DNA from: Squalus acanthias
Lineage: Eukaryota
Direction of reading: 5' to 3'
Length of the DNA: 64,000 nucleotides
NCBI GenBank assembly: GCA_030390025.1
Contig: JASTWF010000334.1
Coordinates: forward strand, 372,001 to 436,000
A program made the translations under genes and the position numbers. The notes under the pieces were generated by a model. It was given only the letters and a program-made list of their open reading frames with translations. It did not search any database and was not told the DNA's origin. Numbering within the stretch: position 1 is the stretch's first letter; each line of letters opens with the position of its first letter. Below are positions 1-13,234 of the stretch, piece after piece.

Positions 1-378
1 TAAAAAACTTTTTAACAGTGCTAAAAATAAACTTACCTTTCTTTAAAGTATCTAAAAAAGATAAACCTGTTGAAATTTTTTTCAAATTATAATTAATTTA
101 CCACTTACCTTGTTGAAAACAGGTCCTGCGCCTCCTTTCTAAAAGTGCAGGTTCTTCAATACTTACCCTCCCGTAGAAACCTGAAAAAAAACCTAAGTTT
201 GCTGCGTGCGCGCAGCCTCTACTGCACACGCGGTTCACCTATGAACCGCTCCCTTCACCAGAGCGGAAGTTCTGGTTTCCCGCGCATGCGCAGTGCATGC
301 AGGAAACCGGCACTTCAGGACGCCTTACGGGTGAGTACACAGTGCGTACTCACCCGGCAAGGGCCGAATTTTTGGCCC
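1..378. mobile_element. End of a Harbinger-type non-autonomous element, probably related to 12480-13152 in opposite orientation
   Basis: Terminus GAATTTTTGGCCC, CpG-rich subterminal region, and an AT-rich core with aataaacttacc, the reverse complement of ggtaagtttatt at ~12806. Confidence 0.55.
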
Positions 379-919
379 ATTGGGTTTGTTACTCATTGTT
401 TCTAAATATGACGGGACGCAGAGAATGAAAGAACCTTCTTTTTTATATCTGGACAGTTCTGATTGACTCAGTGTGTTCCATCAGTGGGTAACATGGTCTA
501 CATTGTATTCTACATTAAACACTGAGGGCACTGAACTGTGACATTGAGCCCTGCAGACAAGGAGGGTCCCAGGTTCATCCATGGACAGTGATGAGGGAGT
601 TACAACTGGTCTGACTGTCTCTGGATTAGAAAAGAGTAAAATCAGCACGACTCCCTGATCCTGATCACCATCCAGTGAAACCTTCTGCAAAATGCATTGT
701 GTGGAAGTTTGGTGGGGACAGGTTTGGGCTCCAGATCCTGCTCTTCAGATCAAAGATGACAAGGTCCATTTAAAGGATCTGCTGTCAGCCCATTGAAAGG
801 GCAGATAGTGTGAAAAACCTGTAACCGTTCAGCTAAGTTTTCAGACATTTTCAAAAGCCTTCAAGATGTACCTAAGCTTTGGTTAGTCTTGTTGACTGGG
901 AATTTATATTGAATGGATG

Positions 920-3900
920 CCCCAGGTCACTTTCACTGAATGGTCACTAAATGGTTCAATTTTAAAAGGGGTGCAGGAATGGAGAGACTGGGTGTATGTA
1001 CACAAATTTTTGAAGGTGGCAAGACAAAATCATAGAACTCCCTCCCTAACAGCACCGTGGGAGTTCCTTCATCACACGGACTGCAGTGGTTTAAGAAGGC
1101 GGCTCAGCATCACCTTCTCAATGGCAATTAGGGATGGGCTGTAAATGTTGGCCTTGCCAGCGACGCCCACATCCCGTGAATGAATTTTTGAAAATAAGTT
1201 GAGAAGTCTGTTTAAAAAAAAAGCTTTCCGGACCCTTGACTTTATAAACAGAAGCATAGAGTACAAAGCAAGGAAGTTGGGCTAAACCTTTATTGATCAC
1301 TTGTTAGGCCCCAGCTGGAGTATTGTCCAATTCTGGCACCACACTTTAGGAAGGATGTTAAAGCCTTGGAAAGGGTGCAGAGGAGATTTACTAGAATGGT
1401 ACTAGGGATATGGGACTTTAGCCCCCTCCTCTCCCGAGATTGAGAACATAAGAACATAAGAACTAGGAGCAGGAGTAGGCCATTCGGCCCTTCGAGCCTG
1501 CTTCACTATTCAATATGATCATGGCTGATCTTTTACCTCAACTCTACCTCCCGCACCATCCCCATATCCCTTGATTCCCTTAATATCCAAAAATCTATTG
1601 AAATCTGTCTTGCATATATTCAACGACTGAGCATGCACAGCCCTCTTGGGTAGAGAATTCCAAAGATTTACAACCCTTTGAGTGAAGAAATTTCTCATCA
1701 TCTCAGTCCTAAATGGCTGACCCCTTATCTTGAAACTATGACTTCAGTTCTAGACTCTCCAGCCAGGGGAAACAGCCTCTCAGCATCTATCCTGTCAAGC
1801 CCTCTAAGAATTTAGTGCGTTTCAATGAGATCACCTCTCATTCTTCTGAGATTCAGAGAATATTCAATGAGATACAAATTGGTGGAGCTTGCATCCGACA
1901 GGCTCCACCCAGTGACACCAGATACCAAGTGGCCAAAACAGTGGTCATTAAACACGGCCCAAAGCCAAATTTGGGCTGAGGTGATGTGTGGAACATAGGA
2001 ACAGGATTAGGCCATTCATCCCCTCGAGCCTGTTCCACCATTCAATTAGATCATGGCTGGTCTGGATCTTAACTCCATCTACCTGTCTTGTTCTGTAACC
2101 CTTCAGACCCTGGCCTAAAAAAAATCGATCAATCTCAGTTTTGAAATTTTCAATTGAGCCCTAGCCTCAACAGCTTTATGGAGAGAGACTACCAGATTTC
2201 CACCACTCTTTGTGTGAAGAAGTGCTCCCTGACATCACCCCTGAATTATCTAGCTCTAATTTTAAGGTTATGAGGGAATACATTCTTTCTATCTACCCTA
2301 TGAATTCCTTTAATCATCTTAAACACCTCAATTCAATCACTCCTTAATCTTCTATACTCAGGAAATACAAGTCTAGTCGGTGCAACCTGGCCTCATATAA
2401 TTTAACCCTTTTAACCTCGGTATCATTCTGGTGAATCTGCGCTATTAGCCTTTAGTCTTTTTAATTATTTTTTGTACCTGTCCACTAGCTTTCAGTGATT
2501 TCTGTACTAGGACCCTGAAATCTCTCTGCTCCTCCACAGTTCCTCGCTTCTCACTATTTAGATAATATTTTGGCTAGACTGGAGAAGCTGGGGTTGTTCT
2601 CATTGGAGCAGAGAAGGCTAAGAGGCAATTTGATAGATGTGTTTAAAATCATGAAGGATTTAGATAGAGTAAATAAAGAGAAACTGTTTCCAATGGCTGA
2701 AGGGTCAATAACGAGAGAGCACAGATTTAAGGCGATTGGCAAAAGAACCAGAGGCGACATGAGGAAAAACTTTTTTATGCAATGAGTGGTTAGGATTCGG
2801 AATGCACTGCCTGATATGATGGTGAATACAGATTCAATAGTAGCCTTCAAAAGGGAATTGGATAAATACTTGAAGGAGAAAAAATTGCAGGGATATGGGG
2901 GAAGAGCGGGGCAGTGGGACTAACTGGATTGCTCTTCGAAAGAGCCGGTGCAGACTCGTTGGGCTGAATGGCCTCCTTCTCTGCTGTACTATTCTATGAT
3001 TCTATGATCTATCTTTCTTAGGTCCAAACTGGATGACCTCACACTTCTCCACATTGAACTCCATCTGCCACAGTTTTGCCCACTCACTTAATCTATCAAT
3101 GTCCCTTTGCAACTTTCTGCTTTCATCTACACTATTTACTGTGCAACCTAACTTGGCGACGTCCGCAAACTTGGATATACAGCTCTCTATTTCTTCAACC
3201 AGGACTTTTATAAATATAGTGAAAAGCTGAGGCCCCAGTACAGAATTGAGGGGAAAAAAACTGATGTAATTTTATGGCACAAAAATCTGGATGTGCAAAC
3301 CTAGTCCTATATTAGGGCTTCCTTTTGCAGCAAAGCAAACCACAGCAAGTCAATTATAGGCATTGCACACTGGAGTGGTCTGCACGGAGCCCAGCACACC
3401 CACAGAGACCAACACCTGGAAGTATTACATGATCTTTACAGCACAGAAACAGGCCATTCGCCCCCGACAGGTCTGTGCTGGTGTTTTTGCTCCACACGAG
3501 CCTCCTCCCACCCCTCTTCATTGAAACCCATCACCATATCCTTCTATTTCTTTCTCCCTCTTGTGTTTATCTAGCTCCCCTTTAAATGCACCTATGCTAG
3601 TCGCCTCAACTATACCTTGTGGTAGCGAGTTCCACATTCTAACCTCTCTCTGGATAATGAAGTTTCTCCTGAAATTCCTATTGGATTTATTAGTGACTAT
3701 CTTATATTTATTGGCCCTAGTTTTGGTCTCGCCTTCAAGTGGAAACATCTTCTCTATGTCTACCCTATCAAACCCTTTCATAATCTTAAAGACCTCGATC
3801 AGGTCACCCCTCAGTCTTTTCTTTTCCAGAGAAAAGAGCCCCCGCCTGTTCAATCTTTCCTAATAGGTATAACCTCTCAGTTCTGGTATCATTCTAGTAA

Positions 3901-4468
3901 ATCTTTTTTGCACCTTCTCCAGTGCCTCTATATCCTTTTTATAATATTGAGACCAGAACTGTACACAGTACTCCAAGTGTGGACTAACCAAGGTTGTATA
4001 CAAGCTTTACATAACTACTCTGTTTTTCAATTCTATCCCTCGAGAAATGAACCCCAGTGATTTGTTTGCTTTTTTAATCGCCTCATTAACCTGTATCGTT
4101 ACTTTTAGTGATTTGTGTATCAGTACTTCAAGATCCCTCTGTTCCTCTACCCCATTTAGATGTTTCCAAGAAGTATGTGGCATTCTTATTCTTCTGACCA
4201 AAATGTACCACCTCACACTTATCTATATTGAAGTTAATTTGCCATTTACATACCCATTCTGCAAGTTTATTAATGTCTTCAGTATTTTGTCGCAGTCCTC
4301 TGTATTAACTACACCCTGCAATTTGGTGTCATCCACAAATTTTGGAATTGTACTCCCGATTCCTGAGTCCAAATCGTTTATGTAAATCGTGAACGAAAGT
4401 GGGCCCTTGTGGAACACCACTTCCCACCTTTTGCCAGTCTGAGTGACTACCTTTAAACTCTACTCTCT
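920..4468. mobile_element. Cluster of 5'-truncated CR1 fragments: + ~920-1420, - 1444-1850, - ~1990-2570 continuing 3008-3245, + 2570-3008, - 3425-4468. A family-B LINE tail lies at ~1030-1190.
   Basis: CR1 ORF2 C-terminal peptides (GLFSLE.RRLRGDLI, RNFF.QRVV..WN.LP) and 8-bp microsatellite tails such as (aagaacat)n and (attctatg)n. Confidence 0.85.
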
Positions 4469-5799
4469 GGCCTAGAAATTCGATACCGGTAAAAACCTGC
4501 CGGTGCCACCGTGTTAACAGCATGTTAATGGCCACCAAAAATGGTGGCGCTGGCAGGTCCAGTAAATTGGCGCTGGGGACTAATTAACATTAGCCCAGCG
4601 CTAAACTCCATGTGCAACGCCGTCCTGGTGGTGTTCGTCCTGGCAGGAGGCCCCAATGTAACGTGGCTGCAGCGTCATTGCAGCAAGAACAGCCTGCTCT
4701 GAAAGCAAGGCTGTCATTTCAGAAAGCAGTTCAGTCTCTTAAAGGGGAACTGCCTTCTGAAACAAAAAAAATAAAAATCATGTAAAAATAGGCAGTTTTT
4801 AGCCCTTACAGCTCAACTGCCTTATGAAAAATAAATTAACATAAAAACAATTCCCAAATTGTCTTCCACACCTCAAAAAAATGGGTAATGTGTTTCAACA
4901 CTAACCCAAATGGCTCAGCAAGCCAGGGAAGGGGCACATAGTACTCCAGCTTTGTGTAGGGGCTCAACACTGCAAGAGAGGTCCTCTACCCATAGGGGCC
5001 AGGAGGCCCTTCAGAAGGAAGGATGTGGGACCATATCTCTGAGGCTGTCACTGCCAGCAGTGTCACACACACGTCCTGGTTCCCGTGCCCAAAGAAGCTT
5101 CATGACTTCAGACCAAAGGTCAAGGTCAGTGAATGCATCTTCAAAAGCTGTCTCCTACCAACTGCACACTTCTCAATGCACGACTCCACTCTCCCAATCA
5201 CTCACCTACCAACAATCTGTACCAAACATGAGGCACACTTCCCATTCCTAGCTTCACCTCACCCCCTTGGAGAAGACGCTGCTGGTCATTCTTGGCAGGG
5301 GCATGGCTGACCTCTTGGCCAGTGGCGGGGCTGAAAGGGTACAAGATGCTGGTATCCTCATATGTTATCCTCCTTCTTGCATGCACCTCTTGCTTTCCCG
5401 CCCTCCCCTCACCACAACTCCACCCTTGTGCCTTCCTCATTTCAGAAGAAGAAGAAGAACCTGCAAGGCCATTTGCAGTGTCCCCCACTGAAAGTCAGCA
5501 GCTGCTGGGGTAGCACTGCGTGACATCAATAGGATAGGCAAAGGCACACACAAGACAGTCACTAAGGCAATGCATAAGGGTGATGAGTTTATATCTTGAT
5601 GTTGTATTGGATGAATAGATGTATAAAGTTGGATTGGAAAGTTTTCTTTGTGATGGCTTTTATTTCAGCACTGTGGCCAAGAGAACACTGTGATGGTCAG
5701 TAACAGAGGGAAGGTAAGGTGTGGGACAAATTGAAAGGGGAATTGGGGTTGTGGTCACTGGTACCACAGGCAGATAATTCCATCTAGGATATCCCGGCT

Positions 5800-8700
5800 C
5801 GAAACATAGAAACATAGAAACATCGAAAATAGGTGCAGGAGTAGACCATTCGGTCCTTCGAGCCTGCACCGCCATTCAATGCGTTCATGGCTGAACATGC
5901 TACCTCAGTACCCCATTCCTGCTTTCTTGCCATACCCCTTGATCCCCCTAGTTGTGAGTGTTATATCTAACTCCCTTTTGAATATATTTAGCGAACTGGC
6001 CTCAACAACCTTCTGTGGTAGAGAATTCCACAGATTCACCACTCTCTGGGTGAAGAAGTTCCTCCTCATCTCAGTCTTAAATGGCTTCCCCTTTATCCTT
6101 AGACTGTGACCCCTGGTTTTAGTTTTCCCTAACATTGGAAACATTCTGCCCGCATCTAATTTGTCTAAACCAGACAGGATTTTAAACGTCTCTATAAGAT
6201 CCCCCCTCATTCTTCTGAACTCCAGAGGATACAAGTTCAGTTGATCCAGTCTTTCTTGATATGTCAGTCTGGCCATCCCAGGAATCAATCTAGTGAACCT
6301 TTGTTGCACTCCCTCAATAGCAAGAATGTCCTTCCTCAAGTTAGGAGACCAAAACTGCACACAATACTCCAGGTGTGGCCTCACCAAGGTCCTGTACAAC
6401 TGTAGCATCACCTCCCTACTCCTGTACTCAAATCCCCTTGCTATGAAGGCCATCATGCCATTTGCTTTCTTGACTGCCTGCTGCACTTGCCTTCCCACCT
6501 TCAGTGACTGATGTACCATGACGCCCAGGTCTCGTTGCACCTCCCCTTTCCCTAATCTGCCACCATTCAGGTAATAGTCTGCCTCCCTATTTTTACCACC
6601 AAAGTGGACAACCTCACATTTATCCACATTGTACTTCATCTGCCATACATTTTCCCATTCACCCAACCTGTCCAAGTCACTCTGTAGCCTCCTAGCATCC
6701 TCCTCATTGTTCACACTGCCTCCCAATTTAGTGTCATCCGCAAATTTGGAGATATTACAATTAATCCCTTCGTCCAAATCATTAATATATAATGTAAACA
6801 GCTGGGGCCCCAGCACCGAACCCTGCGGTACCCCACTGGTCACTGCCTGCCATTCTGAAAAGTACCCATTTACTCCTACTCTTTGTTTCCTGTGTGCCAA
6901 CCAGTTCTCAATCCACGTCAACACATTACCCCCAATCCCATGTGCTTTAACTTTGCACACCAATCTCTTGTGTGGGACCTTGTCGAAGGCCTTCTGAAAG
7001 TTCAAATACACCACATCTACTGGTTCCCCCCCGTCCACCCTATTGGAAACATCCTCAAAAAATTCCAGAAGATTTGTCAAGCATGATTTCCCTTTCACAA
7101 ATCCATGCTGACTTGGACCTATCATGTCGCCACTTTCCAAATGGTCTGTTATGACATCTTTAATAATTGATTGCATCATTTTACCCACCACCGATGTCAG
7201 GCTGACCGGTCTATAATTCCCTGCTTTCTCCCTCCCTCCTTTTTTAAAAAGAGGGGTTACATTAGCCACCCTCCACTCCTTTGGAACTGATCCAGAGTCT
7301 AAGGAATGTTGGAAAATGATCGTCAATGCATCCACTATTTCCAAGGCCACCTCCTTAAGTACTCTGGGATGCAGACCATCAGGCCCTGGGGATTTATCAG
7401 CCTTCAGTCCCATCAATTTCCCCAACACCTTTTCCCGACTGATAAGGATTTCCCTCAGCTCCTCCCTCTTACCAGATCCTTTGATCTCTTTTATTTCCGG
7501 AAGGTTGTTTGTGTCCTCCACAGTAAACACCGAACCAAAGTACTTGTTCAATTGATCTGCCATTTCTTTGTTCCCCATTATGACTTCCTCTGTTTCTGAC
7601 TGCAGGGGACCTACGTTTGTTTTTACTAACCTCTTTCTTTTTACATATTTATAGAAGCTTTTGCAGTCCGTTTTAATGTTCTCCGCAAGCTTCCTTTCAT
7701 ATTTTATTTTCCCTGCCCTAATCAAACCCTTCGTCCTCCTCTGCTGAGTTTTAAAGTTCTCCCAGTCTCCGGGTTTGCTGCTACTTCTGGCCAATTTGTA
7801 TGCCACTTCCTTGCTTTTAATACTATCCCTGATTTCCCTGTTAGCCATGGTTGAGCCACTTCCCTTTTTTATTTTTACGCCAGACAGGGATGTACAATTA
7901 CTGTAGTTCATCCATGCGATCTCTAAATGTCTGCCATTGCCCTTCCACTGATAACCCCTTAAATATCGCTTGCCAATCTAACCTCGCCAATTCACGCCTC
8001 ATACCCTCAAAGTTGCCCTTATTTAAGTTCTGGACCATGGTCTCTGAATTAACTGTTTCCTTCTCCATCCTAATGTAGAACTCCACCATACTATGGTCAC
8101 TCTTCCCCAAGGGGCCTCGCACCACAAGATTACTGATTAGTCCTTCCTCATTACACAACACCCAGTCCAGGATGGCCTCCCCTCTAGTTGGTTCCTCAAC
8201 ATATTGGTTTAGGAAACCATCCCTTAAACACTCCAGGAAATCCTCCTCCACCGTATTGCTTCCAGTTTGAGTAGCCCAATCTATATGCATATTAAAGTCA
8301 CCCATGATAACTGCTGCGCCTTTTTTGCATGCACCTCTGATTTCCTGTTTCATACCCTCCCCCACCTCACTACTACTGTTTGGAGGTCTGTACACAACCC
8401 TCACTAATGTTTTCTGCCCTTTGGTGTTCTGCAGCTCAACCCATATTGATTCCATATCCTCCAAGCTAATGTCCTTCCTAGCTATTGCATTAATCTCCTT
8501 TTTAACCAGCAATGCTACCCCACCCCCTTTTCCTTTTATTCTATCCTTCCTGAATGTTGAATACCCCTGGATATTCAGTTCCCAGCCTTGATTGTTCTGG
8601 AGCCACGTCTCTGTAATCCCAATCACATCATATCCGTTAACATCAATTTGCACAGTCAATTCATCCACCTTATTACGGATACTCCTTGCATTAAGACACA

Positions 8701-9800
8701 GAGCCTTTAGGCTTGTTTTATTAACACCCTTTGTCCTTTTAGACTTATGATTTAGTATGGCCTTTTGTGTTTCTTGCCTTTGTTTACTCGGATTTCCCTT
8801 ATTGTTTCTCACCCTTCTAACATTTGTTTCTGACTGCATATTACTTCCCCCTGTTTCGCTACATAGGTTCCCATTCCCCTGCCATATTAGTTTAAATCCT
8901 CCCGAACTGCCTTAGCAAATATTACCCCGAGGACATCGGTTCCAGTCCTGCCCAAGTGCAGACTGTCCCTTTTGTACAGGTCCCACTTCCCCCAGAACTG
9001 GTTCCAATGCCTCAGGTATTTGAATCCCTCCCTCCTGCACCACTGCTCAAGCCACGTATTTAATCTTGCTATCCTGTTCATGCTACTCTGATTAGCACGT
9101 GGCACTGGTAGCAACCCAGAGATTACTACCTTTGAGGTCCTACTTTTCAATTTAGCTCCTAGCTCCCTAAATTCTGCTTGTAGGACCTCTTCCCGCTTTT
9201 TACCTATATCGTTGGTACCTACATGCATCACGACAGCTGGCTCTTCACCCTCCCTTTCCAGAATGTTCTGCAGCCGCTCCGAGACATCCTTGACCCTTGC
9301 ACCAGGGAGGCAACATACCATCCTGGAATCTCGGTTGCAGGCCACAGAAACTCCTGTCTATTCCCCTTACAATTGAGTCCCCTATCACTATAGCTCTACC
9401 ACTCTTTTTCCTGCCCTGCTGTGCAGCAGAGTCAGCCATGGTGCCATGAACCTGGCTGCTGGTGCCTTCCCCTGGTAGGTCATTTCCCCCAACAGTATCC
9501 AAAATGGTATATCTGTTTTGGAGGGAGACCACCGCAGGGGACTCCTGCACTACCTTCCTGATATTGCCCTGCCTCTTGGTCAGCCATTTACTGTCTGACC
9601 TAGCCTTTACCCGCGGTGTGTTTAACTCACTAAATGAGTAATCCACAAAGTTCTCGGCATCATGGATGCTCCAGAGTGAGTCCATCCGCAGCTCCAGTGC
9701 CGCCATGCGGTCCGTCAGGAGCTGCAGCTGGACGCACTTCCTGCACACATAGTTGTCAGGGACACTGGAAGTGTCCCTGATTTCCCACATAGCACAGGAG
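5800..9800 (-). mobile_element. CR1 LINE copy 1: most of ORF1, ORF2 and the (TTTCTATG)n tail; 5' end missing
   Basis: ORF1 pieces 9245-9790 and 8887-9345 (CxxC, GDS/GTND/HL esterase). APE endonuclease 7898-8839 (LNARS, ITETW, YRPP, GDFN, SDH). RT 5905-7911 (PQGSVLGP, FADD). Confidence 0.97.
5905..8839 (-). pseudogene. CR1 ORF2 (APE endonuclease + reverse transcriptase), disrupted
   Basis: Stop at ~7898-7900 and a frame change near 7860 split EN from RT. Motif-A Asp is replaced (YLNFQKAF). Confidence 0.93.
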
Positions 9801-9821
9801 AAAGGGGCTATATGGGTTGCA

Positions 9822-9910
9822 TCCTTCCTTCTGCTTCTTCCTCTCCTGCGTCTTCCTCTCCTGGATCTTCCTCTCCTGCATCTTCCTCTCCTGCATCTTC
9901 CTCTTCCCTC
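9822..9910 (+). repeat. Short tandem repeat, ~15-bp unit CTTCCTCTCCTGCAT, ~5 degenerate copies
   Basis: Read directly from the sequence. Confidence 0.8.
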
Positions 9911-9911
9911 T

Positions 9912-10060
9912 GCATGCTGTAAATCTGAAATAAAAGCATAAAATGCTGGAAGTACATAGCTGGTCAGGCAGCATCTCGATCTGAGATGTGAACGCTATTT
10001 CTCTCTCCATGGATGCTACCTGACCTGGTGAGTATTTCCAGCATTTCCTGTCATTTCAGA
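9912..10060. repeat. Palindromic interspersed repeat, possibly Penelope pLTR-derived. A related copy lies at ~23842-23988.
   Basis: Arms tctgaaat..aaatgctggaagtac..ggtcaggcagcatc / gatgctacctgacc..gtatttccagcattt..atttcaga. Confidence 0.6.
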
Positions 10061-11049
10061 GGCCTTCCTTTATCATCCGAGGCCTTCCAAGCATCCAGCA
10101 GCACTCCCTGCACTCTTAAATTTTTTAACATGTTTTGCACCAAGCCACTACTTAAAGAAAATTTAAAGAATCCAGTCCAAAAGCTTAAATGCAAACTTTC
10201 CTGAAAGATTTGTATGTCCCTTTAGAACATAAGAACATAAGAAATAAAAGCAGGAGTAGGCCATACGGCCCCTCGAGCCTGCTCCACCATTCAATAAGAT
10301 CATGGCTGATCATTGACCTTAACTCCACTTTCCCACCTGATCTCCATATCCCTTGATTAAGAAGTGCTGACAGCGTCTCTGTCAGTCTGCTGAACGCTCG
10401 CTTTTCAGAGGGAGCTTCGGACCCAGCGCTGAACTCAGTGCTAAGGTCGAAGTTCGCAGAGGTGACGTTAAGTCTGTGTTGTCCGCCGACTGACGTCACA
10501 CTCTCTTCATTTACATCTCCAGGGCCAGCCCTGCTATCGGCAGGGCTTAGACCCTCACCAAAATGGCGGGCGCCAAGTCCCGCACCAGAGAAGGGTGCTA
10601 GAGTGGCAGCCACCATTTTTTGCCAGGATAGGGGCGCAAACAGGTGCCCAATTTCTAGGCCCCTGTTTTCTGTTTTGTAGCCAGCTTGACATGGATAGGG
10701 AATTGTTTAGGAGGTAGGAGACAGAGAGTAGGGATAATCGGTACTTACTCAAATTCGCAGAATGTGACTAGTGGTGTTCCCCAGAGATCTGTACTGGGTT
10801 GTCTCCAATTCCATGTGCTCTCATTTTTATTAACAGTCTCTTATGTGGAACCTTATCGAATCCCTTCTGGAAGTCCATGTAAATAACATCCAGAGACACT
10901 TCCTTATCTACCATGTTAGTTACCTCCTTAAAAATTTAACTAGGTTTGTTAGACATGATTTGCCCTTTACAAATCCATGCTGGCTCTCTCTGATCAGTTC
11001 ATATTTGTCCAAGTGCTCAGTCACTCCGTCCCTAATAACAGATTCCAGT

Positions 11050-11680
11050 AACATCGCCCGTCTCCACCCCGCCTCAGTTCATCTGCTGCTGAAGCCCTCG
11101 TCAATGCCCTTGTTAACTCTAGACTCAACTATTCCAATACTCTCTAGTCCAGCCTTTTCACCTTGCCCCCTCCGTAAACTTGAGCTCATCCAAAACTCTG
11201 CTGCCTATATCCTCACTTGCACCTAGTCCCAATCACCCAGGAGAGCATTGCGATAGTCGAGTCCAGAGATAACAAAGGCATAGATAAGGCTTTCAGCAGC
11301 AGATGAGCAGAGGCAGGGGCGGAGATGGGTGGTATTATGGAGCTGGAATTAGGCGGTCTTGTTAATGGAGGGGATGTGGGGTCAAAAGCTCAGGTCAGGG
11401 TCAAATAGGACGCCAAGGTTGCAAACAGTCTGGTTCAGCCTCAGACAGTTTCATGGAGAGGGATGGAGATGATGGCTCGGGAACGGAGTTCGTGGCAGGG
11501 AATGAAAGCAATGGCATCGGTCTTCCCGATATTTAATTGGAGGAAATTTCTGCTCATCCAATACTGGATGTCGGACAAGCAGTGTGCCCAATCAAAGTAG
11601 GGGTCGAGAGAGGTAGTGGTGAGGTAGAGCTAGGTGTCATCAGCGTACATGTGGAACCTAAACATGTGTTTTCAGATGAT
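11050..11680. mobile_element. L2-clade LINE fragments (+ ~11050-11235, - ~11240-11680)
   Basis: The + piece matches 43680-43870 (NIARL.P...SRLDYSN...KLELIQNSAA). The - piece includes tacgctgatgacacc (YADDT). Confidence 0.7.
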
Positions 11681-12396
11681 TCAATTGATTGAAGTTACCC
11701 ATCACAATTACCTTCCACTTTTCACATCACCTTTTAATCTGCAGTCAACCCCTAATGTTCATTCATTGAGATCTAACCAAGGCAGTTCATTGTGTAACGT
11801 TTCACCTCCCACAGCATCAACTTGTTAACTTCCTCTGTGTCCCTGATATAAAGCCACATGATCTCCAGATAGCAATTCTATCTAAATTAAATTAAACTGA
11901 ATATACACACATAAATATTAGCAGTGGTCTGTCATTATGATAAATCTGTCAGTGTGGGCGTGGTCACTTTGCAGTGATGTGGACTGCAACATCTGTATTG
12001 ACATCAGCTGTATGGATAAAGGTTGGGGAGAAGAGGGGAAACAATGCCAGATAGCCCACAGAACATTCAACCACAATACCAGCCCAGTGTCAGCTGATGC
12101 ACAGAAGCTGCTGAAACTTCAATCTGGTGGTTTGAAGCCATTGAACCCCCATGAGATTGTTCCCCAGTATCCAGTGCCAGCGTCCCACTATTCACTTAAT
12201 CCACAGTGAAGTTTGGAGTCAGTCCATATCACAAACTCATGGACTTATAACAGCAGGTTGTATGTTTTATTGTTCACCTTTAGCAAAAGAACAGAATGTT
12301 TCAACATTAAACATATTACATGGAGCGACAGAACTGAATATAGTCAATGTGAAAAGGTGATAAACAAAAAATGGTCGGTTTTATTTTTATTTGAAG

Positions 12397-13213
12397 TTGT
12401 ACTGCCGAGCACTGGCTCCCGGCAAGCATCTTGTCTCCATACAGTCGCAAGAACAGATCGAGTTCATTGGACAGATGATGGGCTGGATTTTCTGACCCCC
12501 ACGGGTGTGTACGAGATGTGTACGCACCTGTTGGAGCCTCGCTAGAGCCGGTTTCAGGCGTGCGAAGCACATGCGCTAAAACCTGGCACTTGCGATCTGT
12601 CAAGAATCCTCTTGACAGATCCACCGCCTGCCCAGGAGAAGGACCTCCGCGGGTGGAGAGTTCCGCTTTCTGCAGAACCTCCGCCCGCTGAAAACCTTTA
12701 AAAATCTTACGCCGTGTAAGGCCTGCTTTTACCAGCATAAGAGTTTAAAAAAATAAAAAAATAAAAATTTTCACTCATTTATAATTAAAAAATACTTTAA
12801 AAAAAGGTAAGTTTATTTTTAGACCCATAAAAAACTTTAATTATTTTTTTCAAAAAATTACATTTTTGTTTAAAATATTTAATTTAATGTCATTTTAACT
12901 AATTTCAAATACATGATTTAAAAAAAAATTATTTAATGTTTAACTGTTTTTAAATGTGATCCCCATTCATACTTTTGACAGATCTGTGCGTAGAGACCTG
13001 TCAAAAGTGTGAAGGGGGATTCCCTTCTTTGATTGGTTCCCCAGGGCCCATGTGATCCCAGGGACCTCTGCGCAGACCAGGAGAGGCCCAGGATCGGAAG
13101 TGTCAGGACCGACATCTGCCCGCAGGAAGCCTCTGATCGGAAATTCAGGGCCGATTTATGCAACAGAACAATCAGATCCTCCGACTTGAATCGGTTTGAC
13201 TGACTTATACAAG
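12397..13213 (+). pseudogene. Dead duplicate of lectin exon A, split by a MITE: LYCRALAPGKHLVSIQSQEQIEFIGQMIYATEQSDPPT*IGLTDLYK
   Basis: 12397-12479 plus 13156-13213 gives exactly 141 nt after removing the insertion and one GAT copy. TGG->TGA at 13187-13189 and donor GT->TT. Flanking intron is homologous to that of 31242-31382. Confidence 0.92.
12480..13152. mobile_element. Non-autonomous PIF/Harbinger-type element (673 bp) inserted in the pseudo-exon
   Basis: Imperfect TIRs GGGCTGGATTTTC / GAAATTCAGGGCC, 3-bp TSD GAT, AT-rich centre, no coding capacity. Confidence 0.8.
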
Positions 13214-13234
13214 TTAATGTTGTCTGAGTTGTTA

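Larger units (their letters stand above)
4469..10662. mobile_element. Degenerate Harbinger transposon with Myb/SANT gene remnant (+, ~4910-5500) and transposase C-terminus remnant (-, ~5755-5799). Hosts a nested CR1.
   Basis: TIRs GGCCTAGAAATT / AATTTCTAGGCC and TSD CTG. The CR1 broken at 4468 (tactctctg) resumes at 10663 (ctgttttctgttttgtagcc). Myb-like peptide WDHISEAV..W..C.KKLHD followed by donor gtcagt. Confidence 0.8.

Noticed and set aside
425..490. Possible signal-peptide exon of the lectin (MK/NLLFYIWTVLIDSVCSIS)
   Set aside because: Needs a frameshift after the ATG, the donor phase is unconvincing, and the next expected exon was not found.
520..760. Possible old tRNA-derived SINE remnant
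   Set aside because: Only a weak B-box-like motif; boundaries and family cannot be supported without a search.
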